61,326 bases of DNA from Pseudomonadota bacterium (GTDB taxonomy: Bacteria; Pseudomonadota; Alphaproteobacteria; Sphingomonadales; SMXR01). The DNA is taken from contig JADFJJ010000006.1 of assembly GCA_022566215.1 (NCBI GenBank), positions 1 to 61,326 of the forward strand, in the 5' to 3' direction. This document shows positions 47,947 to 57,329 of this stretch, in pieces. Position 1 is the stretch's first letter. Every line of letters starts with the position of its first letter. Position numbers and translations under genes: made by a program. The notes beneath the pieces were generated by a model, which made no database searches, was not told the origin of the DNA, and was given only the letters and a program-made list of their open reading frames with translations.

Positions 47947-48729
47947 ATGGCAACAAATAAAAACACCGCGCTGTTTAAAAAAGAGCTGCCCTTCCCGGGA
48001 AAGGGAAAAGCGCCCGAAATTATCTGGTTGCATGGCTGGGGCCAGGATCACAGAAGTCTGCTGCGGTTGGCATCGCTTTATAAAAACCAGGCCAGAAACA
48101 CCCTTTACGATCTTCCCGGGTTTGGAAAATCGGCAATGCTGGAACCCGGGGCGGGGACCGCGGACTATGCCGATGCCATCATCAGGGACCTGCGGAAGGT
48201 TGGACCCGGCCACAGAATAGTCGCCGGACACTCCTTCGGGTGCCGGGTCGCCTTGAGAATAGCCGACCAGGCGCCGGAGTTGGTGGCGGGCCTGGTTTTG
48301 ATCTCGGCCGCCGGCCTGCGCCGTAAACGGGGACTTTTCTGGACCCTCAAGAGCCTGGGCTTAAAGCTACTCGGTAAAATAGCGCATTTATCCGACCGGG
48401 TTTTCAATACCGCCCTGAAGGCTAAATACAGTAAGAGGTTCGGCAGCCACGATTACAAGGCCGCTGGGCCTTTGCGTCCGACGCTGGTTGCAACCGTTAC
48501 CGAAGATCTGTCAGAAATATCCACCCGGCTAGGAACAAATGTGCTTCTTTTATACGGGGATGAGGACACCGAAACTCCGCCCGAGCTGGGGATTCAATAC
48601 CATAAACTTCTGGCCAACAGCTGCTTTAGGATTCTAAAGGGGTTTGGACACTTAAATATCTTGACCACGGGCGCTCACCAGTGTCAGCATAGTATTAATC
48701 AATTTATCAGGGATCTGGGGGGAAAATGA
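47947..48729 (+). CDS. Alpha/beta-fold hydrolase
   Basis: LHGWG, DLPGFG, GHSFG nucleophile elbow, YGDEDTETP and GH motifs. Confidence 0.9.
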   Translation: MATNKNTALFKKELPFPGKGKAPEIIWLHGWGQDHRSLLRLASLYKNQARNTLYDLPGFGKSAMLEPGAGTADYADAIIRDLRKVGPGHRIVAGHSFGCRVALRIADQAPELVAGLVLISAAGLRRKRGLFWTLKSLGLKLLGKIAHLSDRVFNTALKAKYSKRFGSHDYKAAGPLRPTLVATVTEDLSEISTRLGTNVLLLYGDEDTETPPELGIQYHKLLANSCFRILKGFGHLNILTTGAHQCQHSINQFIRDLGGK

Positions 48730-50390
48730 GTTCAGGGCTTTTCTTTTATGGCAGCGTCCTAGGATTCTTTCTTTTTGCTGCAATATTAAGCTTTGTCTAT
48801 TACCGCGGCACGGCCCTGTTGCATTTTCTCCAGCAGGAAGAATACGACAATGACCGCTTTTTGCGCTGGCTGTTCCGCCGCCGGGTGTTTGATAAAAAAG
48901 CCACTTTGCTGATTCTGATTTCCTTCATTTTATGGTATTTTCTCAAGGAACAGAACCCGCCGCTTTACAATTTTATCCTGCTCACTTTGTTCATTCCGGC
49001 CCTCATTATTGGCATCATGACAAGCCGGCCTACTAAAAAAGCAAAAAAACCGCTGGTCATGACCGCCCGCGCCCAGCGTATTTTATATACCTATTTGGTG
49101 TTGATCGGATTTTATTTCTCCGGCATTTTGCTAACCTTTGAAAAGGAAAATTTAACGGCATTGATGCTTTCGTTTGTGGTCTTTTTCCAATGGCCTCCAT
49201 TTTTCCTGGTGGCGGCAAATTTTATCCTTATCCCGGTCGAAGAAATCATTGCCGCGCGTTATGTGAAACAGGCCCGGAATAAAATGAAAGACCTGAACCC
49301 GGTGATTATTGCCGTTACCGGGTCTTATGGGAAAACCTCCATCAAGCATCTTCTTTCCCACATTCTCTCCAGCATGGCGCCCACCCTGGCAACGCCAGGC
49401 AGCGTCAACACGATCATGGGGGTTACCCGCATTATTCGCGAAAATCTGGAGAAAAAACACCGCTATTTTGTGGTTGAAATGGGCGCTTACGGTTCTGGTT
49501 CCATAAAAAAGCTCTGCCAGCTTGCGCCGCCGCAGCTTGGTATTATTTCCGGTGTCGGCCTGGCGCATTTCGAGCGCTTCAAATCCTTAAGGACAGTGTT
49601 CAAATCCAAGTTCGAGATGGCCAATGACCTGAACGCGAGAGACAAAAAAACCATTATTAATGGCTCGGAGATTCCGGATTATCTGTTAAAACCATACATG
49701 AAACAAAACCAGCATCTGGTGGTGTGCGGGTCCCCGGAGGAGCCAAATCCGGGAGCGGTAAATTTAGTAAAATGCCGGCAGACCACAGACGGCCTTGAGA
49801 TTGAGTTGAAGGTTTCCAGCAATGGAAGCTCCAAAATAATGGCCCTAAAAGTCCCCCTTTACGGCGAACACCAGGGGACAAACGTGATGCTGGCGGCAGC
49901 GGCCGCCTTGAACATAGGGGTTCCAATGGAAGTGATTAAGGCATCCCTCAAAACCATGCCGCAAATCCGCCATCGCCTGGAAGTAACCCGCACCAAAGCG
50001 GGCCCATTAATCATTGATGACGCCTACAATTCCAACCCAACCGGATTTGCCAGCGCACTTGAGACCCTGAAAGTGTTAAAGAATCCTGGCGGGCGGGCCA
50101 TCCTGATTACCCCCGGGATGGTGGAATTGGGCAAAAAACACGGCGCCCAGCACCATAGACTTGGCGAGGAAGCCGGAAAAATCGTGAACGTGGCGCTTGT
50201 TGTCGGCCCGGCCAGGATAAAAAGCTTTATCGAAGGTTTTCAAAAAACCGCCCCCAAGAGCAGTGTATTGAAGACATTTGAAACCCAAAAGGAGGCCGAG
50301 GATTGGGTCAATGAAAACGCCCGCAAGAATGATGTTGTCCTGTTTGAAAACAACCTTCCTGATATTTACGAGGCCGAGATCAGGTATTAA
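48726..50390 (+). CDS. murF: MurF-like Mur ligase with N-terminal multi-TM domain
   Basis: VTGSYGKTS, VEMGAY, HRLE, IDDAYNSNP and TPGMVELG motifs; about 5 N-terminal TM helices. Confidence 0.88.
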   Translation: MSSGLFFYGSVLGFFLFAAILSFVYYRGTALLHFLQQEEYDNDRFLRWLFRRRVFDKKATLLILISFILWYFLKEQNPPLYNFILLTLFIPALIIGIMTSRPTKKAKKPLVMTARAQRILYTYLVLIGFYFSGILLTFEKENLTALMLSFVVFFQWPPFFLVAANFILIPVEEIIAARYVKQARNKMKDLNPVIIAVTGSYGKTSIKHLLSHILSSMAPTLATPGSVNTIMGVTRIIRENLEKKHRYFVVEMGAYGSGSIKKLCQLAPPQLGIISGVGLAHFERFKSLRTVFKSKFEMANDLNARDKKTIINGSEIPDYLLKPYMKQNQHLVVCGSPEEPNPGAVNLVKCRQTTDGLEIELKVSSNGSSKIMALKVPLYGEHQGTNVMLAAAAALNIGVPMEVIKASLKTMPQIRHRLEVTRTKAGPLIIDDAYNSNPTGFASALETLKVLKNPGGRAILITPGMVELGKKHGAQHHRLGEEAGKIVNVALVVGPARIKSFIEGFQKTAPKSSVLKTFETQKEAEDWVNENARKNDVVLFENNLPDIYEAEIRY

Positions 50391-50397
50391 CCCTCGA

Positions 50398-51456
50398 TTA
50401 CAGCGGATTTGAAAGACCACTTTCAAAATCGAGCCCAAGTGACCTCGCCCAGGTTATGGTTTCTCGAATATCTTCCCCGAAGATGTTAAGGATATTTTTC
50501 TTTTCTTTGATTTGTTTGCTTCTGGAAAATATTATCCTTGGGTCTTTGGAATGCATATTAAATGTTGGTCCATTTAAAATTTCCGCCTGTTCTCTCCTGG
50601 AAAATTCCAAATCATAAAAATCACTTAATTTTTCCAGAGTTTCCTCGGGGTTCCGCAGAAAAGTAGCGCTTTTGAGAGATTTTACTTTTTGGCCACTATC
50701 CAGAACTATGGTATGTTGAAGAAATTTCATTTGCAAACCCCATCCCAGAGATATTTTCTGCAAACCAGTTAAAGGCCTTATTTGTTCAAGTTCGAGGGGT
50801 AAATTATCTGCAAAATCCCGAACCAAATCTTCAAGGATGTGGGCAATCGAAGCAGCCCGCTCATTTCCGCCATGCAAAATAGATATCAAAAAACTTTCCA
50901 GGTCGTCGTACAAAATCAGAACCCTTTCAGTTTGGGGACAATCAAGAATTTCCGGCAAAAGATTATTGGCCCCGTTAGAAGGTTTAAAAAGTATTTTTTC
51001 ACCCTTGTGAAAAGAACGGGATAGTAAATATAGCGTTATATCCCTTAAGTTTTTCCAGTTCGGATCAGCCGGATCAAAATTGGCTGAAAGCCGCTTGAAG
51101 GCGGCAAGCCCTAACAAGGCATGGGGTTCTTTCAGTGATAAATTCTTGCCCGGCAAATCCAGACATCTGGCCACCAATGTCGAACAGCAAAAAGAGGTAT
51201 GGAAAAGATAATTGGCTCGATTAGATTTTTGATGAAATTTGGCACTGTGGAGGGCCTGGATAATCTGAGGTGCTGGAATAACATCTTTCTTTTCGTTCTG
51301 GCCCAGGGTTCTGTAATCCAAAAAGGAAAGCGTCGACAGCTCTGACCTGGTTGTCGCTACAAATTCAAAAAGTCCTTTTTGCAAATCCATGGAAAAAAGG
51401 AAATTGTTTGGATCTGACACAAAGCTGACCATTTGATCCCGAATATCAGTCATCAT
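50398..51456 (-). CDS. Sulfotransferase-like P-loop protein, paralog A
   Basis: LFHTSFCCSTLVARCL resembles a degenerate 5'-PSB loop; LKEP; paralogous to the next gene. Confidence 0.6.
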   Translation of the reverse strand: MMTDIRDQMVSFVSDPNNFLFSMDLQKGLFEFVATTRSELSTLSFLDYRTLGQNEKKDVIPAPQIIQALHSAKFHQKSNRANYLFHTSFCCSTLVARCLDLPGKNLSLKEPHALLGLAAFKRLSANFDPADPNWKNLRDITLYLLSRSFHKGEKILFKPSNGANNLLPEILDCPQTERVLILYDDLESFLISILHGGNERAASIAHILEDLVRDFADNLPLELEQIRPLTGLQKISLGWGLQMKFLQHTIVLDSGQKVKSLKSATFLRNPEETLEKLSDFYDLEFSRREQAEILNGPTFNMHSKDPRIIFSRSKQIKEKKNILNIFGEDIRETITWARSLGLDFESGLSNPL

Positions 51457-51561
51457 TATTCCTCAATTCATACTTCAATAAAACAGTCATTTATTTTTCA
51501 AAGGCTACTGCATTCAGTTTCTACTGAACAAGCGATCAATGGTAAAAATTGGCAGAAATTT

Positions 51562-52605
51562 CTACAGCGGGTTTGAAAGACCTCCTTTATAATCAAGCCC
51601 CAGATCACGGCACCATTTGGCGGCCTCGGTAAACTCTTTCTGGTTTTCCAGGATAATTTTCAGGGTTTCCTTATTTTGGGTCTGCGGCGAATAGGCCTTG
51701 CCGGGCTCCTTTGAATGCGCTGTCATGACCGGCCCGGAGGCGACAGCTTCAAGGTCTTTCCGGGCAAAGCCCAAATCATAAAACGCATTCAGCCGGATTA
51801 AAATATTCGCGGGATCATCCAGAAATCTTTGGCAATCAAGGGTCGTTACTTTTTCAGGAAAAGACCCGGCTGCAGCCTCAAAAGCTTTCATCTGCAGGGT
51901 CCAGGCCAAAGCTGCCCGTTGCAGCGCCGTCAGCTCCGAAGGATCCGCCAGATCAACACCTTCGCCGAAATCCCTGATAAACAATTTCAGGATTCCACTG
52001 GCATAACTGAAACGGTCTTCGCCGCCGCTGATCACCGCCGCCAGAAAATGGTCCAATGAGCTGTATAAAAGCACCACTTTATCAGTACCCGGATAATCCA
52101 GAATTTCCGGCAGGATATTGTTTGCCCCGTTTGAGGGTTTCAGCAAAATCCCCTCACCCTCGACGAACCGCCGCGACAAAAGCCTTAAAGTCAGGTCGCA
52201 CCAATTATTCCACTGGTTGCTCCGGGCATCAAAATTTTTATTGCGGCGTTTGAACCCGGAAAGACCCAGCAGAGCAAAGGGCTCTTTAAGTGAAAGGTTT
52301 ATCCCAGGCGTATCCAGGCACCGGGCTATCAGGGTTGAGCAGCAAAACGAAGTATGAAAAAGGTAGCACGCCTTAAGGAGGGGCTGTTTGGTCATTTCCC
52401 CTCTCAGGGTTTCCAGGACCGCCGCACCCGGCAATTCTGTTTTTTTATGCCGGGCCTCGATTGCCCTAGTATCAAGGAAGGCCTTATTCGATACTTCCTG
52501 GCGGGACATACGGATAAATTGAAACCTTCCTTGTCCCAGGTCGAGGCCAATCAGAAAATTGGCCGGGTCCGCCAAAAATGCCGTTATCTGTTCCGGGGCC
52601 GCCAC
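51562..52605 (-). CDS. Sulfotransferase-like P-loop protein, paralog B
   Basis: LFHTSFCCSTLIARCL, LKEP and KPSNGANN; ends GLSNPL like paralog A. Confidence 0.6.
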   Translation of the reverse strand: MAAPEQITAFLADPANFLIGLDLGQGRFQFIRMSRQEVSNKAFLDTRAIEARHKKTELPGAAVLETLRGEMTKQPLLKACYLFHTSFCCSTLIARCLDTPGINLSLKEPFALLGLSGFKRRNKNFDARSNQWNNWCDLTLRLLSRRFVEGEGILLKPSNGANNILPEILDYPGTDKVVLLYSSLDHFLAAVISGGEDRFSYASGILKLFIRDFGEGVDLADPSELTALQRAALAWTLQMKAFEAAAGSFPEKVTTLDCQRFLDDPANILIRLNAFYDLGFARKDLEAVASGPVMTAHSKEPGKAYSPQTQNKETLKIILENQKEFTEAAKWCRDLGLDYKGGLSNPL

Positions 52606-52832
52606 GGTTATGCACCTTTTTTCTTGTTTCCTAAAAAAATTGCAGTCCAGACCCTACCGCCACTGTTATCCGGAAACAAGCCGAAGGGCCTACTTCTGAC
52701 GTTTAGAGGTGCAATGTTTCTGTTTACTTGAATTTCAAAACTCCCTACTCTGCGCCTATGAATTTCGGATCATTTTTTTAGAAGAAACCCGGTATAACAA
52801 TAAAATCCCATGAGCACACAACAGGATCTGGC

Positions 52833-53669
52833 ATGATAGAATTTATTTCCGGCTTGCACCCGTTTTTTGTCTATTTCACGATAGGTTTGCTGAGCACTTC
52901 AGCGATCCTTTATCTGGTGGGATATATCCTGAAAAAGCAGGATGCGAAAAAGGCCGTCCAGAATATGGCCTTGTGGCTCTTGTGGGGGGGCGCAGGGGTA
53001 ACGGTTCTGGCCATCGCCAGCGGCTTTTGGGCCTATTCAGCGCCTGACCTGGACAGCCCTGCAAACCTGGCGGTGAAGGGGCACCGCAACTGGGCGCTGG
53101 GAACGGCGATCCTGTTTTTCGCCCTGGCGGGATGGACCTGGTCATTTGTCCGCAAGGGCAAGATGATCCCGTTTTATTTTCCGGCGCTTTTGTTTGCCGG
53201 CGCGCTTTTAATCGGGATCACCGGCTGGAAGGGCGGTGATCTGGTATCCAGTTACCAAAACGGTAGCGAAGAGGCGGCTGCACTCCTTAACGCCGCAGCG
53301 CCTGATGAGGCGGTTGATGCCTTTTTTGCCGGGCTTATGGCGGGTGATGTGGAGGCCATCAGGGCGGTGACCGCGGCCGATGTTCTGATCCTGGAATCGG
53401 GCTGGGCCGGGCGTTCGCTGGCCGAATACGAGAGCCATCACATGCCCTCCGATATGGCATTTCTGGCCGCTATGGAGCGCGAAATTCTCAACCGTGAGAT
53501 AAAGGTTCTGGGCAAGACCGCATTTGTCGCAACCGAAAGCCGCTTATCCGGCGCCTTTCGCGAGACCGAATATAACCTCATGAGCGCCGAGACCATGGTG
53601 CTTGAATTTAACGGCGCGGACTGGAAGATTATACACATCCACTGGTCGTCCCGGCCGATCCGGGAATAA
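52833..53669 (+). CDS. DUF2231-like membrane domain fused to an NTF2/SnoaL-like (DUF4440-like) domain
   Basis: LHPFFVYF...H...GWKGGDLV four-TM domain, followed by AVDAFFAGL...YESHHM...WKIIHIHWSS. Confidence 0.75.
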   Translation: MIEFISGLHPFFVYFTIGLLSTSAILYLVGYILKKQDAKKAVQNMALWLLWGGAGVTVLAIASGFWAYSAPDLDSPANLAVKGHRNWALGTAILFFALAGWTWSFVRKGKMIPFYFPALLFAGALLIGITGWKGGDLVSSYQNGSEEAAALLNAAAPDEAVDAFFAGLMAGDVEAIRAVTAADVLILESGWAGRSLAEYESHHMPSDMAFLAAMEREILNREIKVLGKTAFVATESRLSGAFRETEYNLMSAETMVLEFNGADWKIIHIHWSSRPIRE

Positions 53670-53676
53670 GGGCCGG

Positions 53677-54582
53677 TCAGCCGGGCTGCATCACTTTACC
53701 GATCAAACTGCCGAGAAGCCGGAATTCCTCGAAGCGGGCGCTGGAGGAGCGCCAAGCCAAGCCGATCTGCCGCCCGGTGACGGTTCCCGTCAAGGGCACG
53801 GTTTTAACCCTTTTCCCCTTCAACAGTCCGGCGTTGATCGCCAGCATCGGGACCAGGGTCAGTCCCAGGCCCTCTTCGACCATCAGCACCAGGGTTTCCA
53901 GGCTGGTCGCCCTGAATTCCTCGCGGCTGGAAAGATGATGAAACTTGCAAACGCTGAGCGCGTGGTCGCGCAGGCAATGGCCCTCTTCCATCAACAGCAG
54001 GTTTTCCTTCTCCAGGCTTGAGGCGGCGATCTGCCGCCGTGACGCCAGCGGGTGGCCAGCCGGACATAACAAGGCAAATTCGTCGCTCCCGAGGATATCA
54101 ACCTCAAGGCCGCGCGACGGATAGGGAAACGCCAGCAGCCCGACATCCAGAAACCCCCGGGACAACAGCCCCAGGGTTTCTTCCGTTTGCCCCTCGCGCA
54201 AATAAACCTTCAGCGTTGGATAATTTTTTCTGAGGGCTTTCAAAAGCCTGGGCAGAACATACGGCCCGATGGTCGGGATCGCGCCCAGACGAATTTCTCC
54301 GGAAAGCGGCTCCCCGGCGCTTTTAACCAAATCCACCAGATCATCGGTGCGGGCCAGAATGTCCTCGGCGCGGTGCACCACATCAAGGCCGAGTGCAGTA
54401 AACCTGACCATCCTCTTGGTGCGCTCAATCAACGGCGCGCCGAGCAAACGCTCAAGCTCCATGATCCCTGCCGAGAGCGTACTCTGGGTGACAAAGCAGG
54501 CCTCAGCCGCGCGGCTGAAGTTCTGGTGTTCGGCGACCGCCACAAGATAGAAAAGCTGGCGAAGCGTTGGTTTGTATTTCAT
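53677..54582 (-). CDS. oxyR: Hydrogen peroxide-inducible genes activator OxyR
   Basis: LysR HTH (FSRAAEACFVTQSTLS); EEGHCLRDHALSVC with both redox Cys; ATSLETL. Confidence 0.93.
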   Translation of the reverse strand: MKYKPTLRQLFYLVAVAEHQNFSRAAEACFVTQSTLSAGIMELERLLGAPLIERTKRMVRFTALGLDVVHRAEDILARTDDLVDLVKSAGEPLSGEIRLGAIPTIGPYVLPRLLKALRKNYPTLKVYLREGQTEETLGLLSRGFLDVGLLAFPYPSRGLEVDILGSDEFALLCPAGHPLASRRQIAASSLEKENLLLMEEGHCLRDHALSVCKFHHLSSREEFRATSLETLVLMVEEGLGLTLVPMLAINAGLLKGKRVKTVPLTGTVTGRQIGLAWRSSSARFEEFRLLGSLIGKVMQPG

Positions 54583-54591
54583 GACCTATAT

Positions 54592-54628
54592 ATCGTTTTT
54601 TTCTATAATTATGATGGAAATTATCAAT
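54592..54628. promoter_or_regulatory. OxyR binding site
   Basis: ATCG-N7-CTAT-N7-ATGG-N7-CAAT versus consensus ATAG-N7-CTAT-N7-ATAG-N7-CTAT, between oxyR and dps. Confidence 0.8.
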
Positions 54629-54697
54629 TTTACAAAAATAAATCAAGGTAGTATATTAGGATCAACAAATGCAGAAAGGTTTTCAGGGAGATGCGAT

Positions 54698-55147
54698 ATG
54701 ACAGATGAACCCAACAGTTCACAGATTACCAAAGGCCTGTCCCGGCTTTTGGCGGATACCTATACCCTTTATCTGAAAACCCACAATTTCCACTGGAACG
54801 TTACCGGGCCGCAGTTCCGCTCGCTCCATTTGTTGTTCGAGGAGCAGTATACCGAACTGGCGCTGGCGGTCGATATGATTGCCGAGCGTATCCGCACGCT
54901 TGGTGTGCGGGCGCCCGGAAGTTACAGTGAATTTGCTGAATTGGCCACCATTGAGGAAGCCACCAGCGCTCCCAAGGCTGAAGGTATGGTGCGGCAGCTT
55001 GCTGCCGACCAGGATAAAGTTGTCAAAACCATCAGAAGCGTCTGGAAAGCCGCCGAGGAAGCTGGCGACGAAGGCACAATTGATTTGCTTTCAACCCGGC
55101 TTGCGGTACACGAAAAAGCCGCCTGGATGCTGAAAAGTTCACTTTAA
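54698..55147 (+). CDS. dps: Dps family DNA starvation/stationary phase protein
   Basis: [26 protein letters not shown] and HEKAAWML motifs. Confidence 0.95.
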   Translation: MTDEPNSSQITKGLSRLLADTYTLYLKTHNFHWNVTGPQFRSLHLLFEEQYTELALAVDMIAERIRTLGVRAPGSYSEFAELATIEEATSAPKAEGMVRQLAADQDKVVKTIRSVWKAAEEAGDEGTIDLLSTRLAVHEKAAWMLKSSL

Positions 55148-55166
55148 ATTTAACAAGGAGAAGAAA

Positions 55167-55691
55167 ATGCCAAACACAGTTCCCAATGTAACCTTCAAGA
55201 CCCGGGTTCGTAACGATGCCCTTGAAGGACCCAACCCGTTCGAGTGGAAAGAGCTGACCACGGACGAGATTTTCAAGGGCAAAAAGGTTGTCCTGTTCGC
55301 CCTGCCCGGCGCTTTTACCCCGACCTGTTCCTCGACCCACTTGCCGGGCTATGAAGACAACGGCGGGGAATTTAAAAAGCTCGGCATCGATAAGGTGATC
55401 TGCCTCTCCGTCAACGATGCCTTTGTCATGTACCAGTGGGGCCAGCACCAGGGGGCGAAGAATGTCTTTCTGCTGCCGGACGGCTCGGGCGAATTTTCCC
55501 GCAAGATGGGGATGCTGGTGAAAAAGGATAACGTCGGGTTCGGCGACCGAAGCTGGCGCTATTCGATGTTTGTCGATAACGGCGAGATCAAAAAGATGTT
55601 CATCGAGCCGGGTTTCGAGGACAATTGCGGCTCGGACCCGTTCGAGGTCTCGGACGCCGCCACCATGCTGGACTATTTGAAAAACAATTAA
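55167..55691 (+). CDS. Peroxiredoxin (Prx5/type II)
   Basis: [17 protein letters not shown] and RSWRYSM motifs. Confidence 0.93.
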   Translation: MPNTVPNVTFKTRVRNDALEGPNPFEWKELTTDEIFKGKKVVLFALPGAFTPTCSSTHLPGYEDNGGEFKKLGIDKVICLSVNDAFVMYQWGQHQGAKNVFLLPDGSGEFSRKMGMLVKKDNVGFGDRSWRYSMFVDNGEIKKMFIEPGFEDNCGSDPFEVSDAATMLDYLKNN

Positions 55692-55819
55692 ATTCCAGAT
55701 CACTCTTTGATTACCAACGCCGGTGCAGACATTTCCTCCCCCCGTTTGCACCGGCAATCTTTTCCTGAAAACAAACCTTCTCTTTTGTGGTATGATTAAT
55801 TTCTTTAAGGGGTTTGCGT

Positions 55820-56359
55820 ATGCCCAAAAGACCCGGTGAAAACAGGATCGGCCCGGTTTGGACCGGCCTTGGCCTGTCGCTGATAGCCGGCGGCGCGTTG
55901 ATCGGCGCAACTTTTCTGGGTGACGCCCCGGCCAGCGCCCGGGGCGGCGCCGGGACCTATGCCCTAAACACCCTGCCTGATAATTATGGAACAACAGACC
56001 TGTTCTCAGGGAACCCGGTAGGCGGGGTCCGGCAGGCCTACCACTGTTATTATTATTCCAGCTATGATGAATGCTGCTATTATTACAGCGGCAGCAGTTA
56101 TTATTATTGCTGTTATTATTACGGTTATGACTATTGCTACGGCTCCAAATCCTCACGCTCGGACGAGAATCTCAATGAGGGCAATGGCTTTGCCGCCTTG
56201 CGGCCGGCCAAAGCGCCCGCCAGAAAACCCGTCAACGTCGGCGGTTTCACGGCGCTGGAAAAAGAGGCCAATGCCGGAAGCCTGGCTCTGGATAGCGGCG
56301 GTTTTGCCGGCGGCGGCAACCCGTCCGGGGCGGCCGGTTATGACAACACCTTTCTTTAA
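55820..56359 (+). CDS. Hypothetical secreted protein with a Tyr/Cys-rich core
   Basis: Signal-peptide-like N-terminus ending PASA; YHCYYYSSYDECCYYYSGSSYYYCCYYYGYDYCY segment; fills the gap between the peroxiredoxin and the sulfotransferase. Confidence 0.7.
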   Translation: MPKRPGENRIGPVWTGLGLSLIAGGALIGATFLGDAPASARGGAGTYALNTLPDNYGTTDLFSGNPVGGVRQAYHCYYYSSYDECCYYYSGSSYYYCCYYYGYDYCYGSKSSRSDENLNEGNGFAALRPAKAPARKPVNVGGFTALEKEANAGSLALDSGGFAGGGNPSGAAGYDNTFL

Positions 56360-56365
56360 GCTCCT

Positions 56366-57178
56366 TTACCAGATGGTCACGCCCCTGGGATTATCGCCCT
56401 TGTCCCAGAACGACTGGTCGTTGAAACGCTTGAAGAGATCGGGCGGCAGGATGGTTTTGCGCACCGTCTTGGTGACCTTGGGCCGGACCGTATGCAGCCC
56501 CGGGGTGCCAAGCCACGAATCATACACCGGCTCGGAATAGTCCAGGTTCTCAAAATCGTGCTTAAAGGGTTTTTCACCAACCAGGGCGTAAATCTTTTCC
56601 ATGATCCCGCCCGGGTCTTCCGCCAGACTGTCATAGCGGATGATCACCAGCTGGCCGGACTGCTCGCCGTAAAACGCTTCGCGGATAGCGTTGTGGGCAA
56701 AGCCGACCATGCCGGCGCCCCCGGCCAGGCCCTCGATCCGCCCGTAGACCGTGTTGGAGCGCTCAAAATTGTAAATCCGCGACAGGTCGAAGGCGTTTTT
56801 CCGGATCAGGCGCTCCATGCTGTCCATGATCCAGGCCAGGTTCCTGACACAGCAAAAGAAGTAAGAGTTGGGGAACAGTTTGGTCAGCGCCGGCAGCTTG
56901 GCGCACCACACCCGGTTGGTATCGAAGATCATCTTCTGTTTGCCGATCTCGCGGTAATGGACTTCGAACACCGACCTGAGATGATCTTCCTTTTGCTGGG
57001 AATCCATGAACAGCGCGAACTCGTTGGCGTTGCTGAGGGCCCCCAGCATGGCCATGTAAATGCCCCCGACCGGCCCCGACATGCGGGCGTAAATCTTCGG
57101 GTTCTGGCGCAGGATCGCGGCCAGCAAGGTCGAGCCCGCCCGCGGCAGGCCGGAAATAAAATGAATGCCGTTTTCCAT
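56366..57178 (-). CDS. Sulfotransferase family protein
   Basis: 5'-PSB motif SGLPRAGSTLL; 3'-PB motif VRNLAWIMDS; RYDSL. Confidence 0.9.
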   Translation of the reverse strand: MENGIHFISGLPRAGSTLLAAILRQNPKIYARMSGPVGGIYMAMLGALSNANEFALFMDSQQKEDHLRSVFEVHYREIGKQKMIFDTNRVWCAKLPALTKLFPNSYFFCCVRNLAWIMDSMERLIRKNAFDLSRIYNFERSNTVYGRIEGLAGGAGMVGFAHNAIREAFYGEQSGQLVIIRYDSLAEDPGGIMEKIYALVGEKPFKHDFENLDYSEPVYDSWLGTPGLHTVRPKVTKTVRKTILPPDLFKRFNDQSFWDKGDNPRGVTIW

Positions 57179-57329
57179 GATCTCTCATTCCCCGATGCGC
57201 CCTTCAAGGCTAACAGCGGGACAGGCGTAAATCAATGGAAGGGAATAAATTCTTAAGCTTTGCGGGAAAGTTCCGCTTCCAGTTCCTTGGGGCTTTTTTC
57301 ATTTTTCGCCGGCGCCGGGGACAAATTCG

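Noticed and set aside
55032-56156. 374-aa minus-strand ORF with Asn-rich N-terminus
   Set aside because: Overlaps dps, the peroxiredoxin and the Tyr/Cys gene in antisense; the Asn runs are the complement of the TAT repeats.
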